64,000 nt of DNA from Chrysemys picta bellii (Eukaryota). Location of the stretch: the NCBI RefSeq assembly GCF_011386835.1, contig NC_088812.1, positions 12,958,001 through 13,022,000 of the forward strand, given 5' to 3'. Positions 47,631-58,000 of the stretch are shown here, one piece after another (the stretch's first letter is position 1; every line of letters starts with the position of its first letter). Made by a program: the position numbers and the translations under genes. The notes beneath the pieces are model-generated. The model had not been told where the DNA came from. It did no database searches and was given only the letters and a program-made list of their open reading frames with translations.

Positions 47631-48050
47631 CTATAGGGACCCCGGGGAGCCCCCGCACCTGAGCCCTGTCCCGGCCCCGCCGCTCCTCCGGCGGGCGCTG
47701 AGTCCGCCCGCTCCCGAGCCCCAGCCCCCCCGGGGCTGCCCCGCCGCCCGCCTGCCCCGCCGCGCTCCGCCGCCGTCGCCCCGCGGCCCCAGCCCGGGGA
47801 TCCGGTGAGGGGCGGAGCCGGGCCGGCGTCTCTCCGGCCCCGGCAGCGGCTGCCAGGGCCCCTCCGGTGGGGCGGCCCGGGCACAGGCACCGCCGCGGGC
47901 AGCTAAGGCGGCGGCAGGACCCCGGGCGCGCAGCGAGGCCCCAGCTCGCGTGGCGTTAGGTTCCACGTGAGCAGCAGCCGGGCAAGGGGCGGGGCCTGCG
48001 CGGCGGGGCGGGGCCACGGTCAACAGGCGCGGGCGGGGCAGGGAAGTTAC
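47630..48050 (-). promoter_or_regulatory. CpG island / CNPY2 promoter
   Basis: CpG-dense region with GGGCGGGG boxes and a CCACGTGA E-box/UPR-like core at 47963-47970. Confidence 0.72.
47659..47960 (-). other. CNPY2: Probable non-coding first exon of CNPY2 (5' end approximate)
   Basis: CpG island with a donor AG|GTGCGG at 47659/47658. CNPY2 exon 2 has an acceptor at 44859-44858, 25 nt upstream of the ATG, which implies an upstream UTR exon. Confidence 0.6.
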
Positions 48051-48069
48051 ACAGCTGGGCGGAGGGACC

Positions 48070-48545
48070 GGGTATATGGGGGTTGCAGCTGGGGGGAGGG
48101 TATATGGGGGTGTGGGGCTGGGGAAAAGGGGTATGGGGCTGGGGAGGGGGGTTGTAGATGGGGAGAGGGTATATAGGGGTGTAGGGCTGGTGTGGGGGTG
48201 GCAGCTGGGGGGTGTGGGTGTGGGGAGGGGGGTTGCAGCTGGGGGGAGGGTATATGGGGTGTAGGGCTGGGGGGGGTTGCAGCTGGAGGAAGGGGGTATA
48301 TAGGGGTGTAGGGCTGGGGAGGGGGCATGGGGGTTGCAGCTGGGAGGAGGGCATAGGGGTGGCAGCTGGGGGTGTGTGGGGCTGGGGAGGGGGGTTGCAG
48401 CTGGGAGGAGGGCATGGGGAGTGTAGGGCTGGGAAGGGGATGTGGGGATTGCAGCTGGGGGAAGGGGGTATGGGGGTTGCAGCTGGGAGGAGGTAATAGG
48501 GGGTGTAGGGCTGGGGAGGGGGCTTGGGGGTTGCAGATGGGGCAG
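48070..48545. repeat. G-rich minisatellite upstream of the CNPY2 CpG island
   Basis: Alternating GGGGGTTGCAGCTGGGGG and GGGGTGTAGGGCTGGGG units. Confidence 0.9.
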
Positions 48546-49135
48546 ACATGGGGGCACAACCCTGCTCTGAGGGTGGGGGGTAGGAAGTGGGCACCTCCTG
48601 GCAGCAGCTCAGGCTGGATGGCTGAACTTTCCTCTCAGGCAAACTTTGGGGCCTACTCCTCTGGCTTGGGTTGGTAATGCTCCCCCACAGGAGATCCCTG
48701 TGGATATCCAGTGACTTCAGGGCAAGCCCTCCTCCCCCCAGTGTAGACATGCCCTAATTCTGTGCCCCACCTGCCCTATCCCTCGCTTTCCATGGGGAGG
48801 CTGATAAGCAAGGGGGAGCCGGCCCAGCCCGCTTGGAATGATGTGGGCCTTTCCCCCGAGGCTCAGGGGGTCGACAGGTGCTGCTGGGGCGGGAGGAGGA
48901 TAGTGCTATGGGGCAGGAACGGGGGCTGTGTGTGGACAGGGATGGAGGAGACGAGAGATGGCTGCAGAGATCTACAGCCAGCCTGGCCCTGTCCTCGCAG
49001 CAGGGACTCCTCAGGATCCCCACTGGGAAGGGTGGATTAGCCCTGTTGTACGGACAGTCCCCACACGCACAGAAAGAGGAAGGGACTTGCCCAAGGCGAT
49101 GGAGCCTGTCAGTGGCAGAGCTGGAATACGAAGCC

Positions 49136-49390
49136 AAGAGCCCTGGCTCTCAGCAGCCCCTGCTTTAACCACTGCACTCCCCCTCCCAGAGCCAGAGATG
49201 GAACCCAGGAATCCTGGATCCCCCTGCACTAACCACTAGACTCCACCCTCCCAGAGCTGGGAATTGAAAACCAGAGTCCTGGCTCCAGCACAACCCGACC
49301 CACTAGACCCCACTCCCCTCCCTGAGCCACAAACAGAACCCAGGAGTCCTGGCTACCAGCCAATCTGCGCTAATGACTAGACTCCCTCCT
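49136..49390. repeat. About 60-bp degenerate tandem repeat derived from a MIR-like SINE head
   Basis: ACCACTAGACTCCAC...CTCCCAGAGC...GAACCCAGGAGTCCTGG repeated about 4 times. A related tract lies near 39050-39290. Confidence 0.65.
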
Positions 49391-52071
49391 TTTCCTTGGT
49401 CCCTGTTGTCTGTGCTCAATCTCCAGGGGTTCTTGGCTCCCCATTTTTAAGGGGCTTCTATTCCCGGAGACAGGCCAGAGACTCACCTGGATGGCTGCCA
49501 TGTTCTGATGCACTGTGATCAGGGATGCTCCAGGCAGGTTGAATCTCCTGCTGTCAGTTGGATCCGCAGCGTCTCTGTCCTGGGAGAGAGACAGAGCGTT
49601 CCCCCGAGCCGTTATCGCCGCGCTCGGCCTCCCCCTGCCCGCCAGCCCCCGGTAGAGTGACTGGATTCACCAAGATGACGGACACAAAACCTCACTGTCT
49701 CAGCAAAACTTCCTGCCAACAATCCCCAGGCATGTGCCCAGAGCCACCTTAGTTTGTTAGGGACCAAGCAGTGACCGTAGCAGTTCCAGCTGGGGAGGGG
49801 GGTCTGGAGCCAGCCACGCTCCCAGCCGCCCCCCACCAGAGCTGGTGGGTGTCCCAGCTCGGGAGCTAAGCGGGGAGGGGAGACCAGCGGGGAAAACCCA
49901 GGGATGATGGGAAGCTGTTGAGTCAGTAGGTGATTCCTTGCCTTCCTTTGAGTCATGCATGCCCCAGGATGCTGTGAGGTGGCGCGTTTCCAGGGAAATG
50001 CAAAAACCCAACCGGGCTGCCGGGCTTTCCACAAATGGAGGCACTAACCCCGCTGGCCTGGCCAAAGTCCAGTGCTGGTGACAACATTCTGAACTCGTTC
50101 CCCCCTCCTGCAGGAGTCTTGTTCTCCTGGCTCCTGCGCTGGGCGCTGTTCAGGATCTGTCCCCGCTCCTCCCCCGAGGTGGCTGCATCACCTCCCAGCC
50201 AGCTCAGCCCTGCCTTCCTGGTTCTCAAACTCCAGATTTGCACCAGCTCCCTCTCCCTGCCCCCCCCCACACCTCCCCTGCCTATGGTGGGGGCCGGGTC
50301 TCCTGCTCTGCAGCCCCTGAGGTCTGGAAGAGCCTCCCCTAACCTCAGACTCACTGGCTCACCTGTAAGCGCCTCCCTACTCCTTCCTCTGCGCTTCAGT
50401 TTTTACCCCCCACCCTCCTTGCGCTGGGGAGCATCTCGTCCCATTGGCCTAGGCGGGGGTGGTTGGGGACAGGGGTTGTCACCTCAGGGGAGCACTGTGG
50501 CCTGTTTGCGGGGATGGATTTCCCGGCCGGGAGCTGGCTCGCTGCTCGCTGTGCTGAATGTCTGCGAAGACGGGGGCTGGTTTGAGCAGGAATTCCCAGC
50601 CCCTTGTTCTCGCTGCAGAACCCGGGTTTGCAGCGTGAGCCCGGAGGGTCCCAGGCCCGAACCGTCACTCTCCCGGCCCTGGCAGGAGCGGGACGCGCCT
50701 GACCGCGATGTCTTCAAAGCAGGAATGCCGAGGGCTTCTCTGCACAGCAGCCCCATGGAGCACAGAGCCAGGCATTCTTCTGCGCAATGCCCCCAACGCA
50801 GGCAAACACGGAGGCTGGGGGGTGCACACAGCTGCAGCCACTCGTTACACGCCCCATTACGTTTTTCTGGCTGCTCTCGGAGAGACAGCGCGGTCCAGTG
50901 GCTGGCGCAGGATCCCGAGTTCAATTTCGGCTCCCAGCGGGACCCTGGGGGGATACGTGACCCCCCCCAACTCCCTCTGTCCAAGAGGGGGTAACACTGG
51001 AGCGGGGGAGCCCGGTAAAGCACTTTGGGATCAGCAGTGGGCAAAGGCCAGGGCAGAACCATCAACCAACGAGAAAGGAGGAGACAGGACCACAGGCAGA
51101 TGCTGAAGGCACCGGCTGGCCACTTTATGAATTTGGTACATGCCAGAGATGGCCGAGCGCACCTCAGACCTCGCACAATACAGGGGGAGGGGGAGTTAAA
51201 AAGACCAGAGGGTGCAAAGGGGACAGAGCCAGCTCTGGGGCGACTCCGCTGATCCCAGGGCCGAGTCCCAGCTGGGATCTACGCGTGATCCTGCCAGCCC
51301 AGCGTGGATGGAGCAGACCCTCACGCTGCTGCTCTGACTGGCTTCCTGGCACAGCCCGGCATCCCTACACGCCAGTGCCTCTTGGTGCTGATGCCGGGAC
51401 AAGGCGAGCGCAGGGCATCTTCGTCCTGCCACTCGTCCACTTGACATTCTCACCGGAGCGGGCACTGGGCTGCAGCCGGTCACAGTCCGGGAACTTGGCC
51501 AGCAGCTCCGGGAGAGTTTAGCCAGCCAGGCCTGCCTCAACAATGCACCCCCCAGTAAAGCAACAGGCTGGTAACGAGACGACACAGTGACACGCCCAAT
51601 GGGGGGGGGGGGGGCGCAAAGTAAATTCTGGAGGCCAATCCTCACCCCTCCCTGCTTCGCACAGCTTTTAGAGAAAATACCCAGAAGCCCAGGGGCTTGG
51701 CCGATGGCCCCGGGACGCATGTGGAAGTGCCGTGTGCACGTGTGATGGTGAAGGAGACGCACCCTCAGCTGTCCCTGCTTGGAAGGGCGACGGGGCGGCT
51801 GGCAGGAGATTTGGAGGCAGATGTGGCCCTCTGGAGCCATGCCAGCAGTGACTGACTGAAGCGGGATCCTGGCCAGCAGGTAGCTCGTGGTGCCCCCGCA
51901 GCTAGGGCTGGGACAGGAGCAGGTGTCAGGGTCCCCAGGGCACGCCTGGCTCGTCCCTTGTTTTGAAATCCACATTTGTTTTCTGTGTGATCTGCGGTCA
52001 CGGACCGGTCGGGGCCCGGGGCTGAGCGGTAGCAGAGAACACGCAGGGGGACAGAGCGGGGTCTCGCCGGG

Positions 52072-55000
52072 TCAGAGCCCTAGCACGGCCGGGAACACCG
52101 CAGCATCTGCCAGAGACACAAACACGCGCGGGTCACCGAGGGGCTCGCGCCAGGCCCCACGCCCCAGCGCAGAACAGGAGCAGGGAGCTGCCGGGAGTCC
52201 CAGCCCGGTGTTCGGACCGAATCCAGGACTCTGGCGGGGAACAGCACGGAGCTGCAGCGAGAGGAGCAGAGCGTGTGGACACTTGCTGCCCGCCGAGCGC
52301 TCAGGTTCGGTCTCGGCTCCGCGACGGAGGGAGACCTGCGAGCACAGGCGCTCCGGGGGTTCGCTCACTGCACACAGAGGAGGGGCAGCGCCTTACTTTT
52401 GGGACTGCTCTGGCTGTCTGGCTCGGGCACCTTCCAGTCCATCTTGCGGCCCTTCTCGTAGAGGCCCTTGAGCACCTTGCGGAAGTCGTCCGGCTCCGTG
52501 GCGTTCTTGCTCAGCTCCAGGTACTTCCTGTAGAGCTGCAGGGCCGTGCGGGCATCCTCGATGCTGTCATGAGTCTCGCCCTGGATTTTCAGGTCTGGAG
52601 GATGCAGGGAGGGTTCCAGTCAGAGAGGGCACTACAGCCCCCGCCCCAACCCACACAACGGGATTTCCTCCCCGTTCTGCTGATGAATACAGGCGTCACT
52701 GTCCCTCAGTCCTGACTGGGAGCCCCCTGCTCCCATCCCCACACCAGCTCTGCTGATGGACTGAATCTCAACCCAAGCCCCTCCTGTCCTGGCCTCCCCA
52801 CACACCACTCTACCGATGCCCTTCAATCCCGACTCGCAGCAGCAGCCCCCATCCCCAGTGGTCCAGTCCCGAGCTCCAGACCAGCTCAGAGTTCCAGAAG
52901 CGGGGTGGGGCCGGAGGTGCTCTTCGTCTCTGAGCGACATCACAAGCAGCCAGTGCTGCCCTGTACCCGGGCGATGGGGCCGGCGTCCGTCTGGGGCTCC
53001 CGTGCAGCCCTGCCTGGCTGGGCCAATTGCGATCTAGGCGTTTCCACTAACCCAGGAAGTACCAGGCAAGGAAGCGCAGAGAAATCATCCTCTTCCTCGG
53101 CATGTGGAACAAATACACGGTGTCAATCACCTGGTCCTTGGGCACCTGGGGGAGCAGAGAGTGTCTGACCACCCAGAGTATACAGGTCTGGCTCCCCCAT
53201 CCAACCCACACAGCCCACCCCCAACCTGTCCCCCATATGCCATCATCACCCTCCACCCTAGTCATCCACCCAAGACACAACTCCACCTCCCCTGGCAATC
53301 ACACTGCCCAGTCCTTCACCCGTATCCGCCGGCCCCCTGGGTTCTGCGAGCACGCCCCCATGGGGGGAGAGGAAAACTCCACTCAGGAAGGGAGCTGAAG
53401 GCGTGTTTGCTGCGGGGGCTGAGAAATGTCCCGGGCTTTTACAAAGGGACAGTCACCATGAGGTTGATGACCCGGAAGTCCTTCTGCAGCCCGTGGCCCA
53501 CGAATTTCACCCCGACATCGATGAGGAAGCGCAGCTTCAGGTAGGTGGACTTGAGTGTGGTGAGGTGCTTGGAGGAGATCTTAGCATCCAGGTCGCCCGG
53601 CTTGATTCCCGAGTACTGGGTCAGGTAATCCACCACCTGCAAGGGGAGGGGCTGGTGATCACAGGCACATGGGGGGGGGGGGTGCTGGTGATGGCTGGTG
53701 GGGAGAGGGCCGGTGACTACAGTGGGGGTGGGGGCAGTGAGTTCCTGGTGGGGGGCAGGGGGCAGGCAGTGTCAGGGAGCCCCCTCAGCCAGGAAGCCCA
53801 TGGCAGGTACCTGCTCCTGGGTGGAGATGTAGTCGTCGATGAAGGGAATCCCCTCATTGGGGCCCTGGCCTCGCACACACGTGATCCTGGCCACGGACAT
53901 CTGGCTGGGCTTGATGGTGGATTTGGTGCCGTCGCTGCGCAGTTCGGCCTCTTCCTGCACAGGGTCAAAGGAGCCGTTGGCAGGGCAAGCCCCCCCAGCC
54001 CTCGCTGCCCCCTCCCTAGGGAGCCAGGCCTCAGCCATCGGGACTTCCCGTGGTTCTGGCCATTGCTAGACCCCAGCAGAACGGCTCCGGACCCCACGGC
54101 TCCATCTCTCGCCCGACCCCCCCCCAGCCAAACGCCAACGTCCGTCCCGGCTGCGGCCTCTACCTCGTTAAGCGTGACGAACTCGGCGTCCAGTCCCACC
54201 AGGTCGCCCGCCTGGGGCATCTCGTTCAGCATGAGGGGGATGAAGGTGGCGTGACACTTGCGTTGCTTGCGAGCCAGGGACGCCTCGGCCAGCAGCACGC
54301 TGGCCTCGATCGGGTTCTTGACTTGGAGGCAGTAGGGGAAAGGGGGGAGAAGAGAGAACGCGACATCAGACGGGGCACTTGGCTGCTGGATTCACAGCAG
54401 AAGAGGCCAGGCTGGGATCCCACGTGCAGCCTGGCATTCGGGGCGGCTGGAGCACGTGAAGGAGACAATGCCCTCCAGAGGGAAAGGGCCAGGGACCATC
54501 GTCCTCCATCCAAAAATTAGCACCTATTTCTAAGGGGTCACACACACGCTTCTGAGGGTGCCGAGGATACAGCCCTACCAGAGGGGGTGTGGAGCTGGGG
54601 CCTAGATGGACAGAGAAATTCCAGCTGCCTTGCCTGTATGGCCCCAGCTGGGTCTCCTGCCCTCGCCCCATCACGTACCAGGGTGCGCAGATGGAAAAGG
54701 CATCAGGGTCTATTGTAGCGAACCCAGCACGCAGGGCTTCGTGCCCAAGAGCAGGGGCCCAACCCACGCGGACAGGACAAGCGAGGCTCTTGGTGGGACG
54801 GCTCCCCCCAGGGGGGCCTTTAGAGACCCTTCTTTGTCTCTTGGCAGAAGCCGTTCTAGGGGATTGTTGAACACCTGAGAGAATGTGAAAACAACGGCGC
54901 TCCCCTGCAGCCAATGATGCTGATTTGCACCAGCGGAGGGTCTGGCCCCCTTCCCACCATTCTACTGCTTTGTTTGCTTCCTGTCTCTCATCTCACTGGG

Positions 55001-58000
55001 ACGCTGGAGCGGGACTGGTCAGTTTCACTTCCTGGTTCTGGACTACCCCTAATGCCCTCTCACTAGGGCGCAGTGGGGAGCTTGGGGCATGACACGGGGG
55101 TTGCCCCTAACCCGACTCCCCTCCACACACAAATCTTTAGCTCGAGGGAAGTGGTGCTTTAAACTGGATCTAGCTGGCTGGCCAAGCAGGGCACAGCTAG
55201 TACACAACAGGGACACACTTACAGAGTATCCCCTTAACACAACCTCGCAGCTGGGCTGGCTCCAGTGGGGTAACCCGAGCTGAAGGGGGCAGCGAAGACA
55301 AGCCCGGGGCGCCACAGGTGCAGCCCTGACGCGTAACACGCCCCCCGCCCTGCGCGCAGACACTCACTGGTCAGGTTGTACTTGGCGTGCAGGTTCCTTC
55401 GGGCGTAGTACAGGATGGCAGGCACCTTCCAGCTCATGTCAAACTGCACCGCCTCGCACTGCGACAGAGGGAGGGACGTGTGTACGGACAACTTGGGGGG
55501 CCTTGGCCTGGCAGGGGCTGAGCTCCGAGAAGGGCTTCCTCCCCCACACACCCCACAAAGCAGGACACAGCAGAACTTAACGAGCTTTAAGCACCTGCAT
55601 GCTACAAAGGATTCTATGAATGGGGGTGGGGGGGAGGGTTAAATCCAGCCCTCGTGCCAACAGGGGGCGCTCTCTGTCCCTGTCCCCGACACGTGCTCCC
55701 CAGCCCCGAATTCAGACCCCCAACCCGCTGCCACCTAGAAACACACAGTCCCATCACAGGTGTCACGCACCGCCCCCACCACGCATGTGGGCTACACAGG
55801 GGTCTAGGTTTCCTTTTGGCTCCCTCTCCCCGGTACCGTGGGCGTCACCTCCATGGCGCCAGGACAGTCGTGGCCAGCTGGGAATGGGCAGATCTCACGC
55901 TGGGCAGCTGGAGACACGACAACTTACAGCCACAGGGAGCTGATGGCTGGTGGAAGCCCAAGTCTATGCCTGTCCCCTGCTGCTGCCGCAGCCCCCCACC
56001 CCCTTCACAGCCCAGCAGCAGCAGTTGGTAAAACACGCAACCAGCTGCGTTGAGCACCAGCAGCCTCTCCTCGGCCGCTGCGGGCTGATCACGCTGCCTC
56101 TTCGGCACCCGGAGACCCAGGACTGGGCCTGAACCAGGATCTCCCGAGCGCTAGACCTGGCTTGGCCTAATAACAACTCCTAGCTCTTCTCCTCAGCAGA
56201 TCTGAAAGTGGAGGTCAGGAGCGTTATTCCTGCTTCACAGATGGGGAAACTGAGGCCTGGAGCAGGGATGTGACTTGCCCAAGGTCACCCGGCAGGTTAG
56301 TGGCAGAGCTGGGAAGAGAACCCAGGTACCCTGAGCCCCAGTCCAGTGCTCTGCCTACTAGGCCACGCTGCCTCCCTGGCCAGGCCGTTCGCACGGTGCC
56401 ACGAGAAGTGGGGCATCCTGAGGGTTGATTCTGATACTCGGGCTGCCCACGGAATGAGGCTCCTTACCTTGTCCACAGGCTCGATGAGGAAGTCATTGAA
56501 GAGATACCACTGCTGGTGCGTGACCCCCTGGGAGTGAGAGAGAGGCCGGGTTGGTCTGTAACCTTGGTCATGCGCAGTATTTATTAGGCAAACACAGCAG
56601 CCATCCAGGGGCCCGGGCACCAACCCCTCTGGAACACGGCCCCCTTCCTGAGACACTCATGGGAAAGAACCCAGCCAAGAGGGGGTTCCCCGGGGGGGCT
56701 GGGGTCCAAGTGGGCGGCAGCCTGGGAGAGAGGTGGGCTCGGTCTGCTCGCCAGCTCACCTCTTTCCTTTGGTGATACGTCTCCCCTACTTTGATGTGTC
56801 CCACCAGGCTGCCCCCGGTGCGGGAGTCCAGAATGTGGACAACGGTGGCCATCAGGTCGTACATGTACGTCGAGTCCTGGTCATCGGACGAGCTCAGCTG
56901 CAAGGAAGACCCCACCCCCGGCGGTTACATGAATCTGCTGAGAACTGGCTGACCAGGACACGGATGGACGCGGCTCAGGACACAGGAAGCCTGTGCGACG
57001 GGTCGAGGGAAATCACCTTGGCAGAGGCAGCTCCCATGGCCACGACACAAACCCGCAGAGCCTGGCAAAGCCAGAGCCACTCCCGACCGTGCCCAAGTCC
57101 TGCCATCAGCCAGTGGGGGCAGAGCGGTCCCCTGGCACCAGCAAAAGGTAACGCAGGCCTCCCCAGCTTTGCTCCCCAGCACGCAGGGACCCGCTTCGGT
57201 GAGCGAGTTCCATCTCCACTCCAGCCTCAACATTCCAGGCGCTCCAACCCCCTCGTGCCGGGGGGAGCCTGCTGGCTCCCCATACAAGCGTGGCCATGGT
57301 CAGCAGTTCCTTCTCTCTGCCCTTGACCTCGCTGAACGGACTTTCGACCCCGGCGGAGCCAGGGAACCCGTTACCTCATCGCTTTCGTTCCAGCTGCAGA
57401 CATCCAGCTCCTTGTTCTTGGTCAGTTTCATCCGGATGGAATGGGGAATCCAGATGTTCTTCAGCTCTTCGATGGAGGTGTATGAGTGCCCCGCCTCGGC
57501 GTTCCCCAGGTCCTTCCTGCCATGAAAGGACACAGGGAATTCCAGACCTTGAACACAGGAGGGAGGGGAAAGGCTCTGGGAGTTTCGGACACAGAGGGCC
57601 GGATCCCCAGCTGAGGTAAATCGGCGTGGCACCAGTGAAGTCCACAGAGCTGCACTGATTTATACCAGCTGAGGATCCGGTCCTGACCTCTTGGGAGAGA
57701 GGCTAGATGGTGCCAATCGAAGATGGTCAAAGCAACGGAGGAGGGTGATCACCAGGAAGCCTACTCTGCAAGAGACGGGGGGCGTGGAGCAGGCAGCAGG
57801 AGCTCTGCCTCTGGGCCAAATTTACCCCTAGTGTATCTCCACTGATGCCAGAGGGTGACTTCAGGGGAGATGGAAAGCCACGGTCCCGATGCTAATGGTC
57901 AGAAAGGATTACGGGGCACTTTCCCCTCAGTGTCTGGCCAAAGTCCAGTGGAGGTGAATGTTCACAACACAGCGTTACACAGGGCTTAAGCCTGCAAACA

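Noticed and set aside
47949-47967. CGTGG-N9-CCACG in the CNPY2 promoter as a possible ERSE
   Set aside because: A true ERSE needs CCAAT-N9-CCACG, and the CCAAT half is missing. Kept only as an E-box/UPR-like core.
45794-48750. Repetitive ORFs (GGLYRGVG…, PPSCNP…)
   Set aside because: They are translations of the CNPY2-flanking minisatellites.
50035-50994. 319-aa plus-strand ORF, and a minus-strand GTTAGT donor near 50048
   Set aside because: Low-complexity composition, overlap with a decayed AmnSINE1-like fragment, and no matching acceptor.
53403-54520. 283- and 156-aa plus-strand ORFs
   Set aside because: They are antisense shadows of GC3-rich PAN2 exons. The same applies to the ORFs opposite CS exons.
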